DNA from: Negaprion brevirostris
Lineage: Eukaryota
DNA: 64,000 nt
Direction of reading: 5' to 3'
Assembly (NCBI GenBank): GCA_030324005.1
Contig: JARDVH010000001.1
Coordinates: 152,184,898 to 152,248,897 of the forward strand
Within the stretch, counting starts at the first letter, position 1. Every line of letters begins with the position of its first letter. The notes under the pieces are model-generated. The model was not told where the DNA came from and ran no database searches. It saw only the letters and a program-made list of their open reading frames with translations. This document shows, piece after piece, positions 51,663-64,000 of this stretch. A program made the position numbers and the translations under genes.

Positions 51663-54066
51663 GCGATTACTGCAGGGTCTTCTCTCTGATATCCTTTCTT
51701 TCAGTAAAGGTCAACCCAATGTGTTAAAATATCTCTATTTGTTGACCATTCTATCCATGTCCTCCTACAGCTCTACCATCACAAATAAATCTGTTCCTTT
51801 ATTTCAGAGGTTAATTAAATAAGGAGAACTAGCAAAGAAGTGTGATGTTTAAGTAGATACTAATCAACAAAAGATACTGATCACCATGAAATGCACGATA
51901 AACTGCAATCAGCACACACAACCAATTATTAGCTGGGAATAACTATTTTAATACTTACTACTGGAAACTGATTATCTGGGCAACATGAGCACATTTAAAG
52001 AATTTGGAATATATACATTTTTTGATAATGGTCCACAAATTACATCTAAATGTTTAAGTTGAAATGTTTATTTATTCATGTAAGCTAAAACAGCAACAGG
52101 AAACTTTAGCAAGGAATGGTAGCATATGCCATGTGGAAGAATTCCATCTGGTTATGCAAAATGGTTAATTATAACAATAAAAAAGGATGCAGTAAAGTCG
52201 TTTACAGTCCTAAAAATTGGACAGATTTTTAAAGCAAGACTATCCAGTCTGAATGCTGAGCAATTACTTCCACATATTCATTGAAGGAGTGATGCCAAAA
52301 CCCAAAAGATTGTCTAAAAAAAGTATTTTGCTGAGGAATACTGCTTCTGATTTCTAAATAAGAATCAGAAAGGCAAAATCCGGAGAGACCTTTGTTCTTC
52401 AACCACTCAGACATACTATCCACATGCATTATGTAATATCAATCAGAAGAAACTTAAACTGAATTATTTTAACTCAAGAAATATTGGATACAATTGTTGT
52501 TGTTGTTATTGCTTGGTCAAGCAATGTATTGCGAACACAGGAATGTGGAACCTTCTGCACATTTTCTCTCATCACACAGTGGAACTTATAACTGAACCAT
52601 TTAGGGAGCTGGACTGTGTAATTTTAATGGCTGAACTACTTATGTTTCTATTGCTTCAGCCATCCAGCAAGCAGAAACCATAATAACTCATCCGAATGGA
52701 GTACCGAGCTATAAATACCCATCTGGCAGACAAACTTCCATTAGCAAAGAAACACACACACAAAAAATGTCTGTGGTGACCACATTTCCCTCAAAATCTT
52801 CAGCATTGCACATTTCTGCAACGCTACCCAAATGGCCTTTTCAGAAACTGGTATTTATATCCAACTTTTATTGCCCTGCCCTAATTCGTCATTGCTAACC
52901 AGCTTGGGCAAAGCCCACATTTCATTTATAAAATTGTTCCCAAGGGACCATCTGAGTCACTTTGACAAAATTGAATGATCACAGGCAATCTGTTTTGAAA
53001 GCTGAAATTATCCTCGACACATTGCAAAATAATAAATCAACACAAAGTTACTCACTCAGCAGAATTAAAATACACCATAGTACAATGAAGATCAATACTA
53101 ATCAAATAGTAATGCATTTTATTCAGAATTGATCAATGTGTCACACATCAGGCTTCCAATATAATCTTCACATTCTGCTTTTTCTCCACAAACGTTGAGT
53201 CTAAAGTGCTTTCTTAATAGATATTTCATGTTCAATACTTTTCTCAGCATCAAGACGAGTTGCACTCACAATGCACGCAATTAAAAGAAATTCTCACATC
53301 AGATATAGAAATGCTTCACTATTTATTTGTAGTAAATGAATCTATACAAATGTGGTTCTGAAGTGCATTTAAAGCATATCCATTTCCACATATTGACTGC
53401 ATCCCATTGTATCATCTCCATTTACCCTTCCACATATTTGCATGACTCTACCCTGCTGAAGTAAATAATACATCAACACTATTAGATTTACTAGGTTTCC
53501 CCTTTTAAAGGGATGGCAACCTTCTTTCACCTACTGAAGCATGGAAATAGAAACTTAAATTGTTGAATGATTATGCAGGTTGGCTATATGCATTAACATA
53601 CAAAGCCTGTCAACGTGGAGAAGAAAAAGACACGAATTTCATTTGAATGAATTCAGTATTCAACATGGTAATGTTAACGCATACATTTGATTTACACAAA
53701 AATGCACAAGATATCCTGCCGAAAATTAATTTGATCAATAAAAACAAAATTTGATAATGATTCTAGAGCTCATTACCTTCCCTGTACATTTTAATAATAC
53801 CATTGTACCAGCACGAGGAAGACACCCTCCCCATGGAAGTTGGGAACAGATCATGATCTAAATCTTCATTAAATGAAGCTGAAAGCAGAGTGTCATTTCC
53901 AAAATGATTCATCATTACTGTTCCTTATGTATGCAGCACATACCAGGAAACAAAGCTGCATCAAAAAAAAACTTATTTCTAATCATTTTAACACCCAAAG
54001 ACTATAATTAAAGGCAGGAGCCTTAAACAAGGACTCTAATATCACAGCTTTAAGGTGTGTACTTAC

Positions 54067-54320
54067 CATGAAAGCTGGCCTCACAACAATCCAAGAGAGA
54101 GCAACAATGAAATGCCTTCATTATGTACCTTAAAGCTCAAACTGCTTTTTCTGCAAAGAAAACTACAGTATTTGAGGAAAGCTAGCTCATCTGTTGTGAC
54201 CTTCTCTCCCTCTCTCTCCAAGTTCATACCACTGCAAGCATAAAATCACGGAGGTCTGCAGTTAACCACCGGCAGTGAGGAAAAAAGCTGCAGCCATATT
54301 AATCATCTGCAGAGAGGAAA
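54067..54320 (-). other. TBC1D14: Candidate alternative first exon of TBC1D14 (5' UTR plus a lone ATG); 5' boundary uncertain
   Basis: Minus strand reads ...CCAGCTTTCATG|GTAAGT. The ATG (54069-54067) is immediately followed by a consensus donor, in phase 0 with the 49886 exon, in repeat-poor sequence. Confidence 0.6.
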
Positions 54321-56631
54321 CATCCAATCAGTTCTCTCAGATTTCTCCTGTAATGCCTTAGCCTAGCATTACGGTTAGGGAAGCATTCAGGTTACAATGA
54401 ATTCTAAATGACCTCCTAGGTTTGTATATACAATTACTGATGTACCATGGTAGTACAGCAGAGGATTAAAATGAAAATCCCCATTGCGAAGACATTATTA
54501 GCCTATTATAGAAAGAAGTTAATCAAACAAATTTAAGTGTGTCCTTGAAAAATTTGAGACAGTTTTAGAGCTGATAAACCAAAATAAAAACTGGATTCCT
54601 AAACTTTCTCTGCATCAAAATTTTGAATAAAGTGCCTGCATTGAAAGTAGAGTTTCTGATCAATTTTAAGCCTTTAAGTGAGAACATTGAAATATTGTTT
54701 TTCATAAATCACAAAGCTGGTCAGGCTTCCTGAATGTTAACATAACGAGGATAAAGGCGGACAAGTGAAACCCTGAACAAGGGACCAAATCACATCCCAC
54801 TGGTTAGCGACAAGGACAAGATAAAGTCAGGGGTTGGGGAGGGGCCGTGACCTGGACTACCTTTACATATCCAGTGACTGTAACANNNNNNNNNNNNNNN
54901 NNNNNNNNNNNNNNNNNNNNNNNNNNNNNNNNNNNNNNNNNNNNNNNNNNNNNNNNNNNNNNNNNNNNNNNNNNNNNNNNNNNNNNNNNNNNNNNNNNNN
55001 NNNNNNNNNNNNNNNNNNNNNNNNNNNNNNNNNNNNNNNNNNNNNNNNNNNNNNNNNNNNNNNNNNNNNNNNNNNNNNNNNNNNNNNNNNNNNNNNNNNN
55101 NNNNNNNNNNNNNNNNNNNNNNNNNNNNNNNNNNNNNNNNNNNNNNNNNNNNNNNNNNNNNNNNNNNNNNNNNNNNNNNNNNNNNNNNNNNNNNNNNNNN
55201 NNNNNNNNNNNNNNNNNNNNNNNNNNNNNNNNNNNNNNNNNNNNNNNNNNNNNNNNNNNNNNNNNNNNNNNAGCTAACATCAATATTGAATAGCCAATTT
55301 AGAACAACATGCAAATATATTTCCTATTCTGGGCTTTGGGCCTGCCTCCTTACCCTGCTCTCAAGAGTGGTAGGCAAATAATCACTGACCAGAACTGCGA
55401 AAAAAAATGGTTCAAGTTGAAGCATCAGTAGACAATGGGCCAAGGACCTGTCTTCAGGCAAAACACATACGAAGGACAAATATTCCCCCAGATATGTAGG
55501 AAAAAGGAAGTGCACCTTCTGTACTAAAATTCAAACTGGTCCCTGAACAGGACCTTGGCCATAAACTTGTATACAAGTTTGCATTCACCACCTACGAGAT
55601 CCTTTTGCCTTTCCAACTACTTTGAATCCCTGAAGATACATGCATTGAAAATAAGCCGTAATAAAGAAAATATAGAAAATTTATAAGTGTACCTGAAATT
55701 CAAACAGATATTTGAATGTGAATTATAGATTTCAAACCTTTTCATTAAGCTAAGTATTCCCTCCTTTACGAATTATTTATAATAAACATTTATACATTAT
55801 GACTTGCCTGAACTATACCGACATTTTGTCCCTCTCCTAATGTGCATCAGCCAGACCAATAATTTCTTTCACTGATCTCACAAACACCTCAACAAAAATG
55901 CAAGCATTTGCAGTTTCTTTCTTTTTATATTATGCTATGATTTATTTTTGACAAAAGAGTTTCATATGAAAGAGAAACAGAAAGAAAAAAATGCTCCTTC
56001 ACTAAAGATTTAGCCGCTTGAAGGAGCATTCAGTTAATTAATTACAGAAAATAGATTAAATTTCTTGTTCAAAAATTGATGAGGCACTTGCAATTATGGC
56101 CCACGGGGCATGAGATGGGAATATATTTGCATAAATTAAGGATTGNNNNNNNNNNNNNNNNNNNNNNNNNNNNNNNNNNNNNNNNNNNNNNNNNNNNNNN
56201 NNNNNNNNNNNNNNNNNNNNNNNNNNNNNNNNNNNNNNNNNNNNNNNNNNNNNNNNNNNNNNNNNNNNNNNNNNNNNNNNNNNNNNNNNNNNNNNNNNNN
56301 NNNNNNNNNNNNNNNNNNNNNNNNNNNNNNNNNNNNNNNNNNNNNNNNNNNNNNNNNNNNNNNNNNNNNNNNNNNNNNNNNNNNNNNNNNNNNNNNNNNN
56401 NNNNNNNNNNNNNNNNNNNNNNNNNNNNNNNNNNNNNNNNNNNNNNNNNNNNNNNNNNNNNNNNNNNNNNNNNNNNNNNNNNNNNNNNNNNNNNNNNNNN
56501 NNNNNNNNNNNNNNNNNNNNNNNNNNNNNNNNNNNNNNNNNNNNNNNNNNNNNNNNNNNNNNNNNNNNNNNNNNNNNNNNNNNNNNNNNNNNNNNNNNNN
56601 NNNNNNNNNNNTTATTCTCTCCCCCCACCGC

Positions 56632-57660
56632 CGTTACTCTTTTGCCCTTTATGAATTTGTAGAAGCTTTTTGGATTCTCTTTTGCCTTATCTGCCAAAAC
56701 AATCTCTTGCCCCCTTTTTGCCCTCTTGATTTCTCTCTTAACTCTACTCCCACACTCCCTATACCCTTCAAGGGATTCACTTGATCCCAGCTGCCTATGC
56801 ATGTCACGTGCCTCTTTCTTCTCCTTGACCAGGGCTTCAATATCCCGAATCATCCAGGGTTCCCTACTTTTGTCAGCCATGCCCTTCACTCTAAGAGGAA
56901 TGTGCTATCCCTGAACCCTGGTTAACATACTTTTGAAAACCTGCCACTTACCAGATGACCCTTTGCCTTCCCAGAGACTACCCGAATTAACTTTTGAAAG
57001 TTCCTGCCTGATACCATCAAAATTGGCCTTGGCCTAATTTAGAATTTTAACTTTTGGGCCAGACCTATCATTCTCCATAGCTACCTTAAAACTAATAGAA
57101 TAATGGTCACTGGTCCCAAAGGTCCTGGCAGCTCAATGTTCCACAGTACAGAAGCTACAAGGAAGATAGAACAAGCGGTAAGAGAGGAGGTGGAGTTGCA
57201 TTTTTGATTGGGGAAAACATCACGGCCGTACTGAGAGAGGACATATCGAAGGATTCGGCCACTGAGTCCACATGGGTAGAATTGACAAATAAGAAGGGGG
57301 AAATCACTGATAGGGTCCCTAAATAGTCGGTGGGAAATTGAGGAGCAAATATGTAAGGAGATTACAGATAGCTCCAAGAAAAAGACAGTAATAGTTGAAG
57401 ATTTTAACTTCCCCAAAGTGATCCCTCACTAACACTTCTGTCACCTGCCCTTCCTTATTTCCTAAGAGGTCAAGTTTTGCCCCCTCTCTAATTGGGCCAT
57501 CCACATGCTGAATGAGAAATTCCTCCTGAATACACTCAACAAATTTCTCTCTATCCAACCCTCGAATGTTATGGCTGTCCCAGTCAACGTTGGGGAAGTT
57601 AAAATCCCCAACTATTACCACCCTATGTTTCTTGGAGCTATTTGCAATCTCCTTACATAG
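56632..57660 (-). mobile_element. CR1 ORF2 endonuclease/linker fragment, interrupted by an inverted CR1 piece (57121-57411, +)
   Basis: VVIVGDFNFPNVDW, FLIQHVDGPIREGAKLDL, DHFG|TSDH, PWMIRDIEALVK, KENPKSFYKFIKGKR. Confidence 0.88.
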
Positions 57661-58825
57661 GACCAAAGAGTCTACTCTGGCTCCTATTTATTTTCTTATA
57701 TGTTTTAATATTTCCAGAGACTTGGAATACAATTTGGGGTAAGCAATAGATGGTTGGAACAAGCAACTGACTCAGGATCTTACAATAAATTTACAGTAGG
57801 CCTAGAAGTTTGGAGCATTTCAGTACAGTTATGAAGGTAGCTTACGGCCTGTGACTGAGTCATATCATTTATATGGAAATATTAGTCAATAGATACAGAG
57901 CAGATAATAGAACAGATCTGCCAGATGTCATTTTATCACTGGTAACATTAAGTGGCAATGATATCCACTGGACAAATGAAAAAAAAATGGTTTCTAGGGT
58001 ATGCTGAATTATCTTTGAATTTACTCGTTTTGAAAGCAGTAAAATTAAGGTTAATCAAAGGTATAAGATTTAAGATCATACGAGCAGAATCTTTGATAAG
58101 GTGAAATTGTGACTTGTTAAAATAATCCTACTATATAGAATGCAATAATTCAGCCACATCATTAAAATGGCACAATAACAAATGCATCGTTTTAAACAGC
58201 CAAACTTTTCAAAAGCATTGGTGTCAAGCACATCAAAAACACTAACATTTCTAAAGCAATGCAAAACAAATTATGTGCAGTAACAGTAATAGAATCAAAA
58301 AAATTACAGTACGAGGCAGTGTCCTTCATGATGCTAGCTCTTCAAATTGAGCCATTTTCTAATCTCACTCCTACATTATTTAAATTTTCTCCTTTTTAAA
58401 CTGAATTATAGTTGCTGCTTCAAAAGTCAACGCCAATTCATGTTCTAGTAATCTTGTGCAAGGAAAATGTTAATTTTTCCAATAGCAATAATCCTCCTAA
58501 TAATAATCTCTGTTACTAGCTCACCAAGCAACTGAAATAATCATTTACCCTCTTACCATATTCTCTTCTCCATTCAAAGAAAATCCATTTTTTAAGCCTT
58601 CTGATGACTGTAACCTTTTATTCTGTGCATCATTCTACTGAAACTGGGTGATGCTTTTGAAAGGTTCCATAATTGTATGCAGTATTCCAATCATGACCCA
58701 GTCAACAAATTCAGAACCACTTCATTAACCACCAAATTAGCATCAGCTCATTTTTCTCTCCAAGTCTACATTTATTTGCTCTTGAATTTCAGAGCACTGT
58801 TCACAAGCAAATGGCAACTCCCCAG

Positions 58826-58912
58826 GCCTTAAGATTATGCCTTCATTAATTCCAGCCTTAAGACTATGCCTCCATTAATTCCAGCCTTAAAACTATGCCT
58901 CCATTAATTCCA
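58826..58912. repeat. Minisatellite, 29-bp unit x3 (GCCTTAAGACTATGCCTCCATTAATTCCA)
   Basis: Seen directly; head-to-tail with no spacers. Confidence 0.92.
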
Positions 58913-61900
58913 ACTACGAAAAGTACCTTACATCTCAACAGGATTTCTCTCCAACTGTTAATATGCAATAGAGCATCACACATCAAGACCCACTTTTAAG
59001 TTTTCCTTCTACAAACCCATGCTTAACCCCAATTAATAGAAGTGCCTTTCTATGTGATTAATTTCATCCCATATTACTTGTTCAAAAAAGTTATGTAGAA
59101 CTGATCTATCTCTGCCCACCTCTGCTGAATAGGAATGCAACATTTTGCATTGTTATGACCCAGTAGGCATGGTTAACTTTCAAACAGAAATCCAAGTATC
59201 TCATTTTACCCAACAGCTCCATGCCACAACACTTCACTTTTAAAAAAAAACACAAACTTTATTGCATATGTAATAAAGTAAACAAAGCAAAACAAGTTAG
59301 TTAACACTATAGCTGAAAACTACTTATGTTATCACTCAGCTTTATTTCTTAATTCCCCAAGAATTAAGAAATCTTATAAATCAGAATTATTTAAATCTGA
59401 AGGGAGCCCCCATAAGTATGTCACAATCCTCAGGATAGTGTTCCTTAACTCCAGCTATTCTCAAGAGGCTAAAACTTCAGTTTCCCTTTGCTTGACCGTG
59501 GAGGTCTCTTGTCTGGCTACTTCTCAATACTTCCAACCTATTCTATGGATTACTTTCTCTTGCAATAGAACATTGTAGATTCTCCCACTAGCTTCAAATT
59601 AGGCAAGCCTCCTCTTCTGTTCCTCAAAAGTCGAACTGAGGTTAAGCCTCCCTCACCTTCCATGCAGTCAATGATATTATCCTCTGCTCACAGTGCAGGT
59701 CATTCATTCTGGTTAAAATTTCTCCATGCGCTGCAAACCACTCAGGATTCAAATTGCAAATAACATCCTCTCCTACCGAACAGGCTGATATAATGAATCC
59801 AGCCATCGCCAAGATGATGTAGCCTGTTGTGGGCTACTTCTAACCAGCCATTAATTTAAAAGGCAACAATTAATTTAAGTATTCCTCATTTACAATTTTT
59901 TTTTTATCTGAAGTGGGGTTTCCAGCCTTTCAGGGCTCACTGAATGCTTTTAAACTAATTTAGCTTCATAAACAAAAACTTGTCTCTGGATTCCACCTCT
60001 TTGCAAGCAGTGTAGACACCATGTCCCCAGGTAAGCAAGCCGATTGGCAGTTTTAGGATCTTATCGTTCCAGCTGTTAACTTCTGAAAGCAACATGCCTC
60101 CAATCTCAAGTGTAACGGGCTCTAAGCTACTTTAGTTGCATTGAACCTATTTTCTACAGTTAAGCTTTAATTTCCAAAATGAAAAAGTACATACTAAAAC
60201 ATATGAACGAGAACTAGGTATTCACAACAGCAGCCTCTGGTCTTCTGTACAGTTCTAGGTTCGAAATGATTGCAGAAAATCATGATTGGTGCCTCATCTA
60301 TTTTCTTTTGTGAAATGGATACCTCCTTGGCTTATTACTTTTTAGCCTTTTGTCATCTGTGGGTTTCCATATCCTACTAAGGTACTCCTAACAAGCCAAT
60401 TTCACTTCATTGTGTAAAACAGGAGGCAAGATATCTCTTAAAAAAGATGTAATACTTGGCTTAAGTTAGATGTTTCAATCAAAGATGATTACTACATTTT
60501 TTAGCACAAGCCTTCAATATTATTTGGGGATGGGGGTTGTGGAGAGACAGAGAGAAATGAGAAAGGCAACTGTTCAAAACTTATTTTGCCCAAATTAGCA
60601 TTTGGATGATTGTTGCAGAGGAATTGGAATATGTCACCAAAGGATTCAAACAGCTGAATGTTGTTTCCAAATGAGATGCAGGAGGCCAAGCAATTTCCAT
60701 TAGTCTCTCGGCCTCAGGCCACAATCGTTGAAAGATAGCTTCCTCCAGGAAGAGAAACAGCAACAAGATCAGAGGTTTGCAAGATGACTGGAAAATTTCA
60801 AAATGGTGCAGAGACTGAACTTGTCTGCCTGTAAAATTTTGAGCCTGCTAAAATAACCTGGAGGTGTATCATGTGTAAATTAAACTTGAATACTTTTACT
60901 GGAGACATTTTCAAATGTTTTGGCAGATGTCATCTGTAGTACATAACAAAGCAAGCCTCACGACAGGAAATGAAAAGAGGAAGTCAAGAGACATTCACCA
61001 TACGAGCTCGCTGGCACATTTCCATAAATGAGAGTTTATTTTACATTAAGGAAAATTTTACAGAGTTGTAAGGAGTTAAGGTAGCATCAGCTTTTACTTT
61101 AACTAGCCTTGTTGTTGAAGCTGGTTGAGCTTCTTATTGGTAATAAGAGAATGGACAGATTGTCTTTGCCAAATTCTACTTCCCTAAGATGCAATGATCT
61201 ATAAATGATCAAGGCTGCATCATGCTTTCTATGACATAGATATCAGCTTATCTTTAGCTGAGGAATGTGGGAACTGAACAGAAGGCAACTCAAATCTGCA
61301 TGTTCCCACTTCATAGTCCCAATTCCCATGCAAATTTGTAATCACCACCAAAACTGACACACACAATAGAGTCTCAATGCAACAAAATAATAAGAGTATT
61401 AAAGAATTATTTCTATCCTTTTCTACAATTTTCACTGCAGATCTGTGGTCCACAGTCCTTACGTGATTAGCTCTAAAGGTGAGGTGTTGTCCCAAATGAG
61501 AAGGAAAAAACCATCATGCCATGTAACCTGGATATGTATCCTTCAATTACTGCTTATAGGCAGGCATTTTGTTCACCAAGTAATGGTACTGTGTTAGAAT
61601 GCACAAAGGAAGAATAGAAAATATTTCAAAGAAAAGGTTTCATAACTGTTGCATTTAATGCATTTTCTGATGACAATTTCATCCTGTTCTATGCAATGCA
61701 ACTTTATTTTTGCTTTGTAAGGCACATCATTTCTACATCCTCCAGTAGTCACTTTAGTTTCCATTGTTTGAGTATGCAGAGCTAGACTGGACACCAGTAA
61801 AAAGGTATGATTTTTGCCTTACGTTCTCATTTGGTCTCTGACAATGTTATCGTGCATGGTCAAAATTTTTTAAAGAGTCACAAACTGGTTGCAAAATATA

Positions 61901-62929
61901 TTAGCATGGTGGGATTTTATTTTCATCTGATTTCCACATTGAAATCAAGTCAATTTTGAAAGAGTGTACACATTGTCTCCTTTGAGCTATAAATGCCATT
62001 TGTTGACCATCTGGATTATTTTAAGTGCATTCAAATGTGCTGCAATTCAGCACAAGCTATCTACAATCCAAAAGGAAGGTTAGTGTATGTATAAACAATA
62101 GAAATGAGCAGACACAAAGACCAAGTTCCACCTTGTTCATCTCCTAGTAATTGATACAATGAAAACTGTGTGGTAACAAATAATAGCAATCAATATCAAT
62201 TAATCTACAATGGAGCCTGACATGATGCCAGCAAAATCCCTGTGGTTGCAAGTTTTGGGAACGATTAATGAAAATCGTCTGTTTCTCACAAGCTTGCTAC
62301 ACTAGATGTCATGTCTGAAATTGTAAAATATTTCTGAAAGAATTTTATTTAATTTGCATTAAAAATATTTGGATCAGTACCAACTGCTTTCACTATCTCC
62401 CTGCTAAACCTATTCCACACATAGACTGATCACTGAATTAATGTGTCCACAGATTAATTTATAATTAAATGCAAACTATGTTGTCTGGTTTTATTGTTCT
62501 GGGCAGGATGAAATAGCTTCTTTTGGAGAACCTTGTCAGAATTCTAAAAAGACTAAACAGATCACTTCTCAAGCTTTTCCAAACCCATGGAGAATGTCAA
62601 TGTTTTTTTTGGAATCCATGCCCTATCCCTTCAACCATCCTGGGTGCTCCCTTCTACATCCTTTATATAGCTGCAATTTATTTCTTATATTGTGACATCC
62701 AGAACTATACAAATATTAAGTAATATACTACTGATTTATAAAGTGGCAGGATTCTCTCATTAGTTTGGACACATTCAAAGCTTCCATCCACTCTGACAAG
62801 TCTTTTCAAATACTTAATGGTGGTCTTCTAAAAATTTACCTCCAAGTAACTTTTCCAATTATTAAGTCAAATGTGGTTACATAGAATGGTGACAGCACAC
62901 AATGAGGCTCTGTGCATTCTGCTCATGCT

Positions 62930-64000
62930 GGATAGCTACAAGGGCAACCTACCTCATACTTTCCTCCGTATCCTTTTGAAGGTCTCAATTCAATTCACCT
63001 CCACCATTCTTTCAGGCAGTGCATTTCAGATCCTAACCATCTGCTGCACAGAAAAGATTTTGTTTCCATTGCTTCTTTTGCCAATTACCTTAAACTGGTA
63101 TCTTGCGGTTCTGGATCCTTCCGCCAACAGTTTTCCCCTTTCTGTCTTTGGGCACCTCTATTAAGTCTCAACCTCTTCTCAAAGATGTACAGACGCCAGT
63201 TTTTTCAACCTACCTGCATAACTGAAGTGCCTCGTCCCTGGAACCTTGTTCCGACTCTTTTTTGCACTCTCTCTTGTGCCTTCCCATTGTTCCTGAAGTA
63301 TGGTGCCCTGAACTGTACACAATAAGCCAGTATTTTATTCAGTTTCATCATAACTTCCTTGCTTGTGTAATGCATGTTCATATTTACCCAGGAATCCACA
63401 TGCTTTAACTGCTTTCTTAACCTGCCCTGCCACCTTCATTGATTTGGTGTGGAGATGTTGACATTGGACTGAGGTGGGCGCAGTAAGAAGTCTCACAACA
63501 CCAGGTTAAAGTCCAACAGGTTTATTTGGAATCATGAGTTTTCAGAGCGTTACTCCATCAGATGAGTGGAGAGGTAGGTTTCACAAATACGGCATATATA
63601 GACAGACACAATTGTAAGATAATGGTACCTTGCAATTGTGTCTTTGTGTCAAAGGAGCAGCACTTTGAAAGCTCGTGATTCCAAATAAACCTGGAGTTTA
63701 ACCTAGTGTTGTGAGACTTCTTTCATTGATTTTGTTTATGTACACCTCCAGTCTCTCTGCTCCTGCACCCTTTTTGGTATTGTACTCTATTTTGTATTGC
63801 TCTCCTCAAAATTAATCAATTCTTGGCACTAAGTTTCATCTGCCACTTCTCTGCCTATTCCACCAGCTTGTCCCTGTCCTTTTGAAGTTTATCACCATCC
63901 TCCTCAAAGTTCACAACATTTCCAAGTCTGCACACTCAAGTTTACGTCATTAGCGTATGTCAAGAAATGCAGGACTCTGAACACTGACCCCGAAAGCCCA
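62930..64000 (-). mobile_element. CR1 3' region relic
   Basis: KEVMMKL..YCVQF.APYF...ERVQKR motif and CR1-like downstream sequence. Confidence 0.75.
63446..63721. mobile_element. Palindromic Penelope-like insert in CR1, with 11-bp TSD
   Basis: Same arms as 21675-21873; TTCATTGATTT at 63435-63445 and 63722-63732. Confidence 0.8.

Noticed and set aside
10590-56889. Long ORFs of 120-306 aa in the supplied track
   Set aside because: Their length comes from reading through N-gaps; the real parts are CR1 or SINE fragments, or unrecognisable sequence.
58826-58912. 29-bp repeats x3, CRISPR-like unit length
   Set aside because: Units are head-to-tail with no spacers, there are no cas genes and the context is vertebrate; this is a minisatellite.
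62770-62800. GGA TGG AAG CTT (GWKL) on the minus strand as the upstream GWKLFGK exon
   Set aside because: It is followed immediately by TGA and lies among CR1 relics; the upstream exons are probably outside the window.

Overview
Eukaryotic, repeat-rich, AT-rich genomic DNA from a draft assembly with many N-gaps. The repeat content (HE1/V-SINE-type tRNA SINEs, CR1 LINEs, DeuSINE/SacSINE1-like elements, Penelope relics) points to a cartilaginous fish (shark). The only supportable protein-coding gene is TBC1D14 (TBC/Rab-GAP domain) on the minus strand. Eleven coding exons between 49886 and 29825 can be spliced with GT-AG sites and consistent phase to give EYEER...[11 protein letters not shown]...GYVQGM...KGSPAMKR*. 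The long N-terminal exons were not found and probably lie beyond 64000. A candidate internal first exon ending ATG|GTAAGT at 54067 would give a 413-aa short isoform. A ~5 kb transposon-free tract (24.7-29.8 kb) is probably the 3' UTR. The left 24 kb is a mosaic of nested retroelements, including a decayed Ty3/Gypsy gag-protease. The most notable non-coding signals are minimal hammerhead-ribozyme motifs in palindromic Penelope-like inserts, and one SINE head/body paired with two different LINE-like tails. There is no prokaryotic system or CRISPR array, and no convincingly new biological system. Most ORFs in the supplied track are repeat-derived or run through N-gaps.
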